Under the pieces are notes generated by a model. It did not search any database, was not told where the DNA came from, and saw nothing but the letters and a program-made list of their open reading frames with translations. The position numbers were made by a program, and so were the translations under genes. Shown piece by piece: positions 50,428-62,108 of a DNA stretch of 64,000 nt (positions are counted from its first letter, which is position 1; every line of letters starts with the position of its first letter). The stretch is from Zancudomyces culisetae HAW-14-8 (taxonomy: Eukaryota > Fungi > Kickxellomycota), in assembly GCA_052426225.1 (NCBI GenBank), contig JBNJNM010000022.1:62001-126000 (forward strand). Reading direction: 5' to 3'.

Positions 50428-51942
50428 ATGGTTCGTAAAGCACTAGTAATATCTCTGTTGTTGACAACAATTGATATTGTATCGTCAAACTTTTTGTATG
50501 AGTTTGGAAATGCTGGAGGTAGGTTTGAGTTAAGAGCGGATAATGGGTTATTTTATAAACGTCAGGACAATCCAAGTAAACAGGCAGCGCGCATTAATGA
50601 AGCCAGCACCACAGAATCAGATAGCAGTATGGAAACAGTTAGTGTAGATGAGGAAGTCGACAACAATGAGTTCCATAATATAAACTTGGACGAGAAAAAG
50701 TCACCAAGTGACCCATGTAGCGGTGTTGAGTATGCATGCACAGAAGATGAAATGAAGTACTTGCAATGCGATAACAATAAGTTTATTGAACGTGATTGCA
50801 ATCCCGGGACAGTGTGTATCAGAGTTGGTAAAAAGTCGATTTCATGTGCCAATCCAGAAGATAGAGTCTGGATTGAAGAGATTCTAAATGGTTCAGAAGA
50901 AAATGCAAGCAATTCCACCAAAAGTGAGGAGGCAGATTCGAGTGAATCCTCAAGCGATACCGGTGCTACTAGTATCGAAGACAGTGCGAATAGTGAATCT
51001 TCAGAGTCAAAATCTAGTAGCGAATCCTCAGAATCAGAATCCAGCAGCGAGTCTTCAGGATCAGAGTCTAGCAGCGAATCCTCAGGATCAGAGTCTAACA
51101 GCGAATCCTCAGGATCAGAGTCTAGCAGTGAATCTTCAGAGTCAAAATCTAGCAATGAATCTTCAGAGTCAGAGTCTAGCAGCGAATCTTCATCCACAGC
51201 CAGTAAGACCACTTCAGCGCAAAGTAGCACAGAATCTGAACAAGAATCCACAACTTCAGAAACACGTATAAGTTCTGAAAGCATGACAGAAACAAGCACA
51301 ATGAGTGAAACCACATCTATGACAGAGGGTCATCATGGCGAAACCGGCGAACCACCATTCGATTTTAACGAGAAGAAAAATCTTTCGGACAAATGCGACC
51401 CAGTTGAATATGCATGTACTGATGATTCCAAAAAATTCTTGCAATGTACAGCCGATGGAACTTTTACAGAGCTTGATTGTGCACCGGGAACTATTTGTGT
51501 AAGAACAGGGGCCAAAGCAATTTCGTGTGCCCATCCAGATGATGTTTCTTGGATTGAAAAACTTTTTAACAGCGCAAGTAATGAAACATCATCAGAAGGT
51601 TCTCATACATCAAGCCAAAGCACTAGTGTAAACGAAAGCGAAAATGAAGCGGAAGAGGAGAGTGAGGAGGTCCAGGAGGGGCTTGAATCACTAGAGGAAG
51701 TTACTTCAAACACACACACCTCAACCTTGGAAACACACAGTGAAAGTCTAACAGATGCTAGCAGTAGTATATCTACAACTGCTGAAGGAAGTTCTTGCGC
51801 AGATGGCAAATATTATTGTTCGGAAAACAAGAAACAGTTTGCTCGTTGTAACTTTGGTACAAAAGTATACATGGATTGCCCAGCAGGAACTGAATGTAAC
51901 GAGGATGCTGTTGGTTCACCATGTGTAGCCATTAGCATGTAA
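50428..51942 (+). CDS. Secreted Ser/Thr/Glu-rich protein with three CBM19-like chitin-binding modules
   Basis: Signal peptide, Kex2-like KR site, three Cys modules (e.g. CADGKYYCSENKKQFARCNFGTKVYMDCPAGTEC) separated by low-complexity linkers. No catalytic domain recognised. Confidence 0.8.
   Translation: MVRKALVISLLLTTIDIVSSNFLYEFGNAGGRFELRADNGLFYKRQDNPSKQAARINEASTTESDSSMETVSVDEEVDNNEFHNINLDEKKSPSDPCSGVEYACTEDEMKYLQCDNNKFIERDCNPGTVCIRVGKKSISCANPEDRVWIEEILNGSEENASNSTKSEEADSSESSSDTGATSIEDSANSESSESKSSSESSESESSSESSGSESSSESSGSESNSESSGSESSSESSESKSSNESSESESSSESSSTASKTTSAQSSTESEQESTTSETRISSESMTETSTMSETTSMTEGHHGETGEPPFDFNEKKNLSDKCDPVEYACTDDSKKFLQCTADGTFTELDCAPGTICVRTGAKAISCAHPDDVSWIEKLFNSASNETSSEGSHTSSQSTSVNESENEAEEESEEVQEGLESLEEVTSNTHTSTLETHSESLTDASSSISTTAEGSSCADGKYYCSENKKQFARCNFGTKVYMDCPAGTECNEDAVGSPCVAISM
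50990..51192 (+). repeat. 27-bp coding minisatellite (SSSESSGSE-type unit, ~7 copies)
   Basis: Repeated tctagcagcgaatcctcaggatcagag-like units in the linker. Confidence 0.9.
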
Positions 51943-52906
51943 GGAACAGTAAAAAAGATGGTACTGTCAAGAGCTGTGTGTTTTCAGGCACCATAAATAT
52001 GAAAAGCAACAAACGCCGAGTATTTGTGAGCGTGTGAGTATTTGAGTATGCAGCAGGTATGTCAGTACTATGCGGGGGGAGGCACTCTGTAAGTTTGTTA
52101 TAACCAGTGTGAGTTAAAATGTTGGTGGTAGGATGGAGATAGTGAATAGGTGTATATAGTTCCATAGGGTTTATTTTTTAAAAAAATGGATTACAAATAC
52201 CAATGCTTAATCTAAATTTAGCTGGGCAAGTGAGTTTCCCACAATATCACTTGTTTCATAAAATAACATTTGTTTTATTTTATTTTATTTTGTTATTTTA
52301 GTTAAAGTTTTGGATGTTGTGATTTTATTTTAAAGGTATACCCCCAACTTTTCTTCGAATGGGATACTAACACAAAAAAATAAAGAGGTGAAACAGATTT
52401 GTAGAAAGATTGTCTTCATTTAATATTTTTGGCAGTATTTTCAACGCTAACTCGTATTACACATTGAAATATGTTGTATTACAACATCAAAAAATCAGGA
52501 AAATGGATGAATTAATAAATGCCTCCCCCTCCCAAAAAAGACTTTTTTTTAGACTAGCATCATGTTATTACAGATATTTTGTCCTTTACATTCATCACGA
52601 ACTTCTAGTTTTTTATGGGAGTATAGAAACTAATTCACTTTCTGACTATTATATTTGAAAAATTGTGAAAATGTTCTTAGTGTGATGAAAACTTTGCAGG
52701 AATTTCAAATATAAACTAATTGAATATAGAGTAATAGAGTTAATAAAAAAAGTAATAGTTGCATAGTTAATTAGACATCTATTAACGGAAAAAAGATAAG
52801 AGCAAGGTGGGGTTCTAAAAATTACTCGCAAAAGTAATTAAATGGTACGGTACGGTAATTGCGAAGTTGTAAGATTAACGATGATTTTCAGGCTCTTGCA
52901 TTTAAG

Positions 52907-52947
52907 ACACAAATTATAGGGCACAAATTATAGGGCACAAATTATGG
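52907..52947 (+). repeat. 14-bp tandem repeat (GCACAAATTATAGG) x~3, intergenic
   Basis: Directly visible. Confidence 0.9.
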
Positions 52948-54220
52948 CCCGAATTGCCCATATTTTCCCATATGTTTTATGTGTACCTTTCTGTATCAAA
53001 GTGGTAACCAAAACTCACATAACATATATCATGATAGGAAGCAGAATCTATTTTTTCTATTAAATCCTGAATGCCTACAGACTTAATTTTGAGCGTGATT
53101 TGTTTTTTATAGAGGACATTTACGCATTTTGAAGCAGTAGCGGAAATGGCGGGGGCAGACCAAGGACAAAGTAAGAGAGAGAGAGAGAGAGGTAATGAAG
53201 CTTTCTAATGCTGAAAAGTGGGCATTGTGAATTTATTTGTATGTGGAAGATGATGAATAAAGTAGTATTTTGATATGCAATAAGATGCATATGGTCATAC
53301 ACTCACATCTTTATAATTCCTTGAGAGTGATAATCATCAATTAAGCATAGTGATATGTACATTTTTTTTTCAACCCTTTTATGGCGGAAAATCTTGGTGA
53401 AAACCCCAGCCTCTTGCACTTTTGCGAAAGTTTGTAATGTAGTGAAAGAGGTCACAACTCTGGTTGTTTTTTATTGATCAATTCTATTTTCCCAGAGGAG
53501 AGGTAATCAAAAGAAGCCGAGTCATGGTATGTTGCAGAGCAGATAGAAAAAACAGAAAATAATAGCAATGATCAAATTCGTTTGTGCCCTGTCCTATAGC
53601 TAGCTAGATAGCTGTGGAGAGGCTAGTAAACAGCTCGCACTACCTTTATTTGCCCAAAAGAAAAACAAAATCTGTTATTATGACATGCATAATTAAAAGG
53701 GGCAATACTGAAGAGACAAATGCTTTCCATTTGCTCTATTCAATTTATTTTGCATTGTATGCATAATTGCTTAATCCATTCGTCCCTGGAAATCTTTATC
53801 AAGTGAAAAATCACAAGCACTTTTGGCATTTCTATACATTTGTTACTTCTATTTCTTTTTTGCTATTGCATCATCATTTCTTTTTTTTTGTAGGTACAGT
53901 TGTTGCAATTAAGCAATTTTGGAAACAAACCCGAGAATTACCTAATAGCTTCAATTTAAAAAAAATCAAATTGTCCTTTACAGGGTTTCTTGAATTGGAA
54001 GTTAATTGAGTATTTTCAGCTAAAAGGAGCTAGGTACACCTTAAAGTCATCAAAGTAAAAGAAACAGTTGCAAAATACGTTATAAAATACCTTTTTCTCT
54101 ATAAAATTAAAAATAAAACTGTAATACAAAGGGATCTTTGGAAAATCATTCGAGTAGGTAGAGTATCATAGTAATAATACAAGCAGGAACTTATCAAAGC
54201 ACCAGAACAAACAATTCCAA

Positions 54221-56821
54221 ATGCTAGCCGCAGGAGGTACTAAGCTCGCCGTTATAGTAAGTTGGCCAGCTAAAATTGCTCAATGTTGTAGAGTACAAGA
54301 AAGAGGGTCTTAGTTCCTTTTGCTGCCTTTATTATCCTGGGGAATATTAAGGCAAACATAAACTTTTTACTTTTTACTTTTTACTTTTTACTTTTTATTT
54401 TTAAAAAACAACACTTACACCAAGTAAAAGGAATGGAAGGGATAAAATTGAGGCAATATTATAAAATAAAATAGCTGGTGGGACTTCCGGCCAGAGGGAA
54501 AACCTATATAGGAAGAAAGGGTAAGTTTTCGAGAAAAAAATTTTCATCTATTGATAACTAATCACAGTGAATAAATCTGAATAGTATGGAGATATTTAGA
54601 ATGGCTCGGTGTATCCTGTAGAGTGTTTAATGTTGGGGACTATAGACGAATTGTTGCGGGGGAATACCATGGGCACGACTTTTTTAGTACCGACAATTTA
54701 ATAGCAGAGCGTATTAGAAATACGTGTGCAGAGGTAGCGCTTAAGGATATGTTGATGTGGTTTACGACGATTAGGTCAGGTGTGGGGATATATGATGCAA
54801 CAAACTCAAGCCTAAAGAGAAGAAAAATGTTGTACGACGCATGTACGGAGAAGGGGATGGGAGTAATGTTTGTAGAAAGCCTGTGTGATGATGACGAATT
54901 GGTTTTGAGAAATATAAGGGAGGTAAAGAGAACAAGCCCGGATTATAAAAAGGTGGGCGATTTCAAAGTTGTAGAGAAGGATTTTATGAAGAGGATTGAA
55001 CATTATAAGAGCGTATATCAGACACTTGGAGGAAAACTGACAAAAGAAGAATGTGCAAATGGCGAGGAATACGATGAATCGGTGCTAACATACGTAAAAA
55101 AAGTAAATGTGGGGGCACAAATAATAATAAACCGTATTAATGACTATATTCAATCAAGGATAGTGTATTTTTTGATGAACATACACATAACACCACGAGC
55201 AATACTGTTTAGTAGACATGGAGAAAGTATATATAATCTTTCTGGGCTATTGGGGGGAGATTCAGGACTGAGTGAAAATGGAAAGGAGTACATGGAGGCG
55301 CTTCCGACGTTGATAAACAAAATAATGGGTGATCAAAGGTTAACAGTGTGGACATCATCACTGAAGAGAACGATAGAGACGGCATCAAAGCTTCCATACA
55401 AGAAGATAGCATTTAAGGCATTAGATGAGATTGATGCCGGGTTGTGTGATGGAATGACTTACAAACAGGTGGCAAAAAAATACCCAGATGAATATCTGAT
55501 GCGTAGAAGCAATAAGTTTGGATTTCGATACCGAGGAGGTGAGTCCTATTTGGATGTGGTGTTGCGGTTGGAGCCGATTATTATGGAACTTGAGCGGCAG
55601 CAAAACGTAATGATAGTGTCACATCAAGCGGTACTGCGGTGTATATATGCGTATTTTTTGCAGATTAATCCAAAGGATTTGCCGTACATCAAGATTCCAT
55701 TACACACTGTTATTAAGCTAACATGGACAGCTTATGGGTGTATGGTTCAGAAATATTCGTTAGGAATCGAAGCAGTTGATACACACGAGAACACAGCATC
55801 TATTTTGGGCGAGAAAATTGTTACAAAATCAACTGGCGAAGCCATAGGGGATATGTTATCTACGAATGAACAACTGGCCAGAAAAGTTGGGTTGAAAGCA
55901 ATAAGCTCAGGCACAAACATCGAACTGTCGTACAAAGACCCAGAAATTCTTCAATGTGTCACCAGCTCTGGAGAGACAAAATCTCTTGTCCTGAACGAAA
56001 GCACTGAGCATCATCAGTTTTCACACGCCACAACTCCTTCACTTACGGGACAAATTCCTCTTGAGAACACATCATCTGTTGTCGATAAAGACGCAAGATC
56101 CGTTCGTAGCATTTTGCCTCCTATAAAAACCGAGCTCGAGCCTGCATATAATCTTCCTATGTATTCTCCTGCATTCACTACTGAAGACATAACACAACTC
56201 ACTGGCGGTTCTAGAAAACCCCAACCTCGAGATGTCATACCGCAGCCTATTTCTATCAAAACTGATGGTCTGGGGCCTGAACCAGGGCTTGGTGCCAGAG
56301 AAACAAATACTGCAAATATTCGAACGGGCTCATGCATAACACCAGCTTCTTTGGCATATCCAGTATCTGCGCATATTTCTAGCTCAATTGAAGATATGAT
56401 TAGTGTAAAGCTTTCTAATCTCTACACTCCAGCCCAGCTTTTGAATTTCAACGATCCTCGTATAAATCTAACCTCAATCAGCGCATATCCCCACAACTCC
56501 ATTATTAGCACTGACGTAAGCCCCGAGGCTACTAGAGCCCAGACTCCAGCTCCTAATCCACTTCCTCTTCAGCATTTATCCGGTGTATTAGCCAACGCTG
56601 TTGCTTTGCCATCTGTATCTGCCTCCACCAGTACTGATCCTGCCGCTCTTTCAAATCATATAAACCCAACTTCTGAAAATATCGATAATGTTATCACAGG
56701 TCTTGATGTTGACACTACTACCCTACCACAGCCCCCTAACAACGGCAAAAATAACAAAAATGATAACAGTACTCAATATAGTGGGCTACATAACCTGCTT
56801 TTGAAGAAGCATCTGTCATAA
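54221..56821 (+). CDS. FBP26: 6-phosphofructo-2-kinase / fructose-2,6-bisphosphatase, 3 exons
   Basis: Exons 54221-54256, 54475-54520, 54585-56821 give LVGLPARGKT (P-loop), FNVGDYRR, YDATNS, SRHGES (phosphohistidine motif), GESYLDV and SHQAV. Long Ser/Pro/Thr-rich C-terminal tail. Confidence 0.93.
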
Positions 56822-57745
56822 AAAGAAATGCTCATGCTATTTTTATTATCCTTTTTTTTTAAAAAAAACAATTAACTTGTTCTTTACTCTTGATCTATTT
56901 ACCTTTTGATTGTTTACTGATCAATCAGTAAAGCTAACACTCAATTCATTTAATTGACTAGATGGGTATTTTTCCCACGTGTTTTTTTTTTTCTTGTTTG
57001 TGATTATGGTTGATGATTTCAGAGATAAGTTTCAAACCAAAACTTATCATAAATCAAGTGTATTTTTATGGATATGGCCAGATATAGCCAATGTTTTTTG
57101 TGTGACCAAACACCAAAAAAAAATAAAAAATGATTCACCAACAATGGCTGAAGAAAAAAAATTCAAAATCCCACACTAGTTGATAAGCGATACCTTTCAA
57201 ATAAAGAAAAAAGTTTCCGAAAAATACAGGAGAAATAATTACTGAAATCAGTTTTTTTTTTTTTTTGCTATTATTTTGTAACAGATTCACGGGATCTGAC
57301 AAAAGTAAGAAGAATGGTTTAATTTGACAAGTATTCTTTTTGTAACTTTTTGCTGATGATTCATCTAAACCATGGGAACTTTCTCTTTTTTTTAAATTTT
57401 TGTTTCATGTTTAAAAGATCATTTTTTGCTAACGGCAAAATTGTGATTACAGTTTATGGTGTGTTGTATATTACCCATTAACTCACAAGTGCGTGTAATC
57501 TCTGGAATAAAAGAAAGGGGTTATCTTGAGACTTCATACTATATATATCACAACTAGTTTTTATCTTTTCAATTTTCTTGCACTACAATTTTATTTCATT
57601 CACAATCATTTGGTGTAAAAAAAAAAAACCCATAAAAGGATAATAATTTTTCAAATTAGGTATTTCTCTCTTGTTTTATTTTCATTCATAAGTAACAGAT
57701 AGACCAATTTGATCAATAAGTTTAGACACATAATATAATTATAAA

Positions 57746-58267
57746 ATGGCACAGTTTTTGGATTTCGAGGCTTGGGTAAAGGAGAACGAGCATCTGCTAG
57801 TACCACCGGTCAGCAACAAAGTTATTTTTGAGTCGAACGATTATATTGTCATGGCAGTGGGCGGACCCAACTCGCGCACCGACTTCCATGTAAACACAAC
57901 TGATGAATGGTTCTATCAGATCAAGGGCACCGCTATTGTGACCATCTTGGACCCTGCAGACAATAAATTCAAAAAGCTTACGTTAGATGCTGGCAAGATG
58001 GCCGTCGTACCCGCAAATGTCCCACACAACCCTGTGCGCCACAAAGACAGTCTAGGCATTGTTGTTGAGCGCAAGCGTGGGCCTGAAGTAATTGATGAAA
58101 TGCGCTGGTACTGCAGCAAGTGTGAAAAGTTAACATATAAGGAGGAATTTCTGTGCAAGGACATTGCAGCTGATTTGAAGGCCATTATTGAGCGTGTTGT
58201 GGCTGACGAGTCGCTTCTTACTTGTAAGAGCTGTGGAACTTTGAACTATGCCCACTATAGAGGCTAA
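57746..58267 (+). CDS. BNA1: 3-hydroxyanthranilate 3,4-dioxygenase
   Basis: VGGPNSRTDFHVN...EWFYQ, PHNPVR, VVERKR and two CxxC motifs (CSKC, CKSC) of the rubredoxin-like site. Confidence 0.96.
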   Translation: MAQFLDFEAWVKENEHLLVPPVSNKVIFESNDYIVMAVGGPNSRTDFHVNTTDEWFYQIKGTAIVTILDPADNKFKKLTLDAGKMAVVPANVPHNPVRHKDSLGIVVERKRGPEVIDEMRWYCSKCEKLTYKEEFLCKDIAADLKAIIERVVADESLLTCKSCGTLNYAHYRG

Positions 58268-58585
58268 GTATCTTTAGACATCCTTCTCCTCTTCTTTGGG
58301 CTGTTTGTTTGGTTTGTCAAAGCCTGTCTTTTTTTTTTTTGTAGTCTTTCATACTTTTGGCATAACAATTAGTATTTTTATTAAAGAAACAACAGGAAAT
58401 AAAAAATATATTACTTTTTAATATATGGTGTTTCTGAGGACGTCAGTCTTGTTTTTTTTTTTCACTGTAACATTCTTGTAAAGAAATGTGTAATAAATAA
58501 ATAGATGTAAAGCATGATGAATCACTACTACTCCTAGTACAGTGAAACGAGGTCAAAATGAACTCAAGAAAAAAAAAAGAAAAAT

Positions 58586-59998
58586 CTATTGGAAAAACTC
58601 GGGCTTTTTGATACTCAACCCATATTCAGACAATGTGCTTGTTAGATCCTCCATAGTCAATGTAATTTTTCGCTCTTTACCACCGATTTTCCGCTCTTTA
58701 CTGCCCTGTGATCTGATCCTATTGTATTGAAACGCATCAGTTGCCACATCCGAAACAAACTTTTGCGTTACCAACCCTAACAACTTTTTTATTCGACTAT
58801 CTTCACACTCAAAACCTGAGCTGCTCAGATAATAATCTGTTAGAGCCTCGGGAAATATTGGCGAGTATCGATCAATATTAACCAAAAACTCTGCAAGCGA
58901 CTTTTCGCGTTGTGTGGACTCATCCTCATCCTCTCCAGATTTTTTACCACTACTACTAGCAACTTTTTTGTTCTGAGCAGGCTTGTTATCCTTATTTTGG
59001 CGAGACACATCTGTGGTTTTTTCACTTTCGGCTTGAAAAGTAGCCAAATCTCGTTTATTTGATGACTGCTTTAGGGGTGAGGGTACTTTAGGCTCAGAAG
59101 TGTCTCCCTGTACCGTGGTGACAGAGTTTTCATTTTGTTTGGTTGGGCTCAAATTAGTGTTTTTAGCAGGAGATGAGCTCTCTTTTGATTCTGAAATTGG
59201 AATTTGCGAAGAAATCTCAGAGATATTGCTGAACACTGTATGCTCTTTGCTTTTTGAATGTTCTGAATCGTTAGTGCACTCGCTAGCATCATTGCTTTTA
59301 TTTTGAGTTTCTACCTTATTTCGGTTGGATTCGACTTCTGCTTGCTGCAGTACCAAACCATTGTTGTCGGCCTGTGGGATTGTTTGATTTTTGGAAGATT
59401 CTTCGAGTTTTTCTGTGATTATACTCCTATTTGCTGTCGCTATATCATCTGCTTCTGTGATGGGTACCGAAACTATAGCATCGTTATTTTTGTCGTTAAT
59501 AATACAGGGATCAGGCTCAGAAGATGAGTCAGATTGAAAATCAATTTTTTCTGATGCACGGGGCAAGGGAGAGATGGTGGTGCTGGGAATATTACTGGTA
59601 TTTGTAGAGCTGAAGAGTAAATTTTCTTGGAAAGCCTGAGCATCTTGGCTGGTGTGGATTTGAGATTCGGTAGTAGTTTGGGATTCTAGATTATTAAGTT
59701 CACCATCCTTTTGATTGGTACTTTCGTTTGAGATTTCGTTTATGTTTTCACTTGTGCTTTCATTTTTAGCTTCATTTGCACTTTCAGTTGTAGCTTTGTT
59801 TATGTTTTCGTTTGTGCTTTCATTTTTAGTTTCGTTTGTGCTTTCACTTGTAGCTTCGTTTATGCTTTCACTTGTAGCTTCGTTTATGTTTTCATTTGTA
59901 GCTTCGTTCGCGCTCTTGTTTGTATCCTCCTTTATGGTTTCGTTTACGGTTTCGTTGTTGGGTTTTAATTTTTGCTCATTGGTACTCGTCTCTTCCAT
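58586..59998 (-). CDS. TAF10: TFIID/SAGA subunit Taf10 with long disordered N-terminus
   Basis: C-terminal histone fold YSPIFPEALTDYYL...DSRIKKLLGLVTQKFVSDVATDAFQY...TLTMEDLTSTLSEYGLSIKKPEFF. Confidence 0.93.
   Translation of the reverse strand: MEETSTNEQKLKPNNETVNETIKEDTNKSANEATNENINEATSESINEATSESTNETKNESTNENINKATTESANEAKNESTSENINEISNESTNQKDGELNNLESQTTTESQIHTSQDAQAFQENLLFSSTNTSNIPSTTISPLPRASEKIDFQSDSSSEPDPCIINDKNNDAIVSVPITEADDIATANRSIITEKLEESSKNQTIPQADNNGLVLQQAEVESNRNKVETQNKSNDASECTNDSEHSKSKEHTVFSNISEISSQIPISESKESSSPAKNTNLSPTKQNENSVTTVQGDTSEPKVPSPLKQSSNKRDLATFQAESEKTTDVSRQNKDNKPAQNKKVASSSGKKSGEDEDESTQREKSLAEFLVNIDRYSPIFPEALTDYYLSSSGFECEDSRIKKLLGLVTQKFVSDVATDAFQYNRIRSQGSKERKIGGKERKITLTMEDLTSTLSEYGLSIKKPEFFQ
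59715..59950 (-). repeat. 12/24-bp coding repeats (NEAT-NENI type) in the TAF10 N-terminus
   Basis: Repeats NEATNENI, NEATSESI, NEATSEST, NETKNEST in the translation. Confidence 0.85.
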
Positions 59999-60209
59999 TT
60001 TGTATATGTTAGTGATATTATCAAGATTTTAATTTAGTATGAAACTGTTTTTAATAATTCCCAACCAGAATTAAAAACAATAAAGGCGGAAACAATATAT
60101 AAAAAAAAACTAAGGAAATTACAAATATTAATCGAATTGTGCAAATAGTTTATTCATAGATAAATAATTAGAGCGAAAAAAAAAAGTATATATATATATA
60201 GATGACGAG

Positions 60210-62108
60210 TTATGTGTAAAAAAATTTATTAAAAAAAGGTTCCAAGTTATTGTTATAGCCAGAAAGACTGAGAAAGCGAGTAATACAAAGCAACAATGGT
60301 TTTTCAACAACGATGTTATGAACTAAGAGTTCAGCCTTTATAAAGGCCAAAACCTTGACACACTGGGGACTAAAAGTTTCTAGTTCAGATAGCTTGTTAG
60401 TGAAATAATCAAGAAGATCCTTGTTATGGTAGTTTTCCAAGAGGTGGTGGGTAAAAGTAGGAGAAGAGAGTAGTGGGGGGTTGTTTCCGGACAGCAAATA
60501 GCATAGGGTATTTAAATCAGGAAAAACACCAAGATTTACAATAGTATCATAGTAAATAATAGCGGCTAATTTGTGGTTATTGACGTTGTAAAGAAGATGT
60601 AACAGACTAATTAGAGTGTAAGTCCTGAATGCAAAGTGGTAAGCAGAAAGAGAGGAAAGGTTGAGGATGCTATGATAGAGCTCGTAATCTAGCTGGCGCA
60701 GATAGCGCAGTTTGATTTTGTGAACAATGTAGTAGTTTTCTCTTATGATTGAATAAACTCGCAGGGCTTTTTTTTGATCTAGTGAAGAACACAGCCTTGA
60801 AAGAAAGAGACAAGAAATTTCTAGCCAGTATCTAGCATCTAGTGCGCGATAATATAGCGTTCGTCGGTTGCATTTATCTACACTCATGTTTGGCTTTTTC
60901 CACGCTGCATCCAACACTATAGGATCCACCACACCTGGCTTGCCTAACATTTCCAACAGCCGAAACGCTTTGTTAAATTTTTTTTTATCGGCATAGTGTC
61001 GATACATAAGCATCATTTCGGCTCTATTTAGGTTCCACTTTCGCTGCTCTGCCGCCAAACACAGCTCTACCAAAAGCTGATCCTTATCGTAAACGCGTGC
61101 GTGGTATCGGGTCTTTGCTCGCCGATTAATGGCATCAAATAACAAATGAAATCCTTCCTCACCCAGCATGTTGAATATTTTGTTTACACCATAGTGGTTT
61201 ACCAGTGTATGTAGATGTTTTACTGTCCTGTTTCCCTTAAGTTCACTTTCAATTTTCAACAATTCCATTAAAACTGTTTCTGATTTTTCCAAAACTCCCT
61301 TGCCTATCGCTTTTCCATATATTTCCCCGTATACATATTGATCTTTCTGTCTGCTTCGTTCAATTTCCTGTAATATATCCTTGCTCATCTCTTCGATTTT
61401 TGCAAAAATTTGTTCCTTAATTGTCTTATCACTGTTATCAATCCTTTCCATCCCAAACTCCTTAATAAAAAACTCCCCTAGACTTTTAGTATCATTCATT
61501 GTGTATTTTCGCTTATCGCTGTTTGTATCTATGTCTTCTCCATACATGTGCTCTTCTAAGATCATCGGAAGTTTTATTCTTGCTCGTGTACCCCTCTCTT
61601 CCATTTCTGGAAACCTTTGATCAAACTTTAACTCTGTTCTCATATTCTTCAAAAAATCAATTCTTCGTTGATTGTACACCCCTTTACCTTTATTGCTTTT
61701 CAACGCGTACATGATCAACTTTGCCGATTTTCTGATTTTTTCGATCTGATTATTACGCCTCTTTTCTCGCTTGTCCTCTAAAACTAGATCTTTTGAATCA
61801 TATTGCTGAAGTGTTGTGTCCAACTCATCAACATTTGCTACTCGCTCACTTTCTCTTTCGACAACCATTGCCAGCTCCTCTTCATCATCAATTCTTGCTA
61901 TTTTATCATTAGCACGCTGAGTTTCTGTGCTATAGAAATGGCTTCCTCTCCTTTCCTGCGCTCTGTATTCCTTTTTGTGGTACCATTTTTGAACAGCAAA
62001 TCTCAAATCTCTTGAATTTTCTCCCTTTACTGTAATGATCTTGTTTATTATCAATTTTGAAAATATTACTTTATTTGCCGATGTAATAATTCCACAAATT
62101 CCATTCAT
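60210..62108 (-). CDS. Hypothetical alpha-helical protein, possibly mitochondrial and PPR-like
   Basis: 632-aa intronless ORF with a basic N-terminus ending HFYST. The segment IIYYDTIVNLGVFPDLNTLCYLL resembles a PPR motif. Confidence 0.6.
   Translation of the reverse strand: MNGICGIITSANKVIFSKLIINKIITVKGENSRDLRFAVQKWYHKKEYRAQERRGSHFYSTETQRANDKIARIDDEEELAMVVERESERVANVDELDTTLQQYDSKDLVLEDKREKRRNNQIEKIRKSAKLIMYALKSNKGKGVYNQRRIDFLKNMRTELKFDQRFPEMEERGTRARIKLPMILEEHMYGEDIDTNSDKRKYTMNDTKSLGEFFIKEFGMERIDNSDKTIKEQIFAKIEEMSKDILQEIERSRQKDQYVYGEIYGKAIGKGVLEKSETVLMELLKIESELKGNRTVKHLHTLVNHYGVNKIFNMLGEEGFHLLFDAINRRAKTRYHARVYDKDQLLVELCLAAEQRKWNLNRAEMMLMYRHYADKKKFNKAFRLLEMLGKPGVVDPIVLDAAWKKPNMSVDKCNRRTLYYRALDARYWLEISCLFLSRLCSSLDQKKALRVYSIIRENYYIVHKIKLRYLRQLDYELYHSILNLSSLSAYHFAFRTYTLISLLHLLYNVNNHKLAAIIYYDTIVNLGVFPDLNTLCYLLSGNNPPLLSSPTFTHHLLENYHNKDLLDYFTNKLSELETFSPQCVKVLAFIKAELLVHNIVVEKPLLLCITRFLSLSGYNNNLEPFFNKFFYT

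Noticed and set aside
57746-58267. BNA1 as a horizontal transfer (intronless, higher GC)
   Set aside because: Single-domain HAAO with two CxxC motifs is the normal fungal form, and codon bias can reflect expression. A phylogeny would be needed.
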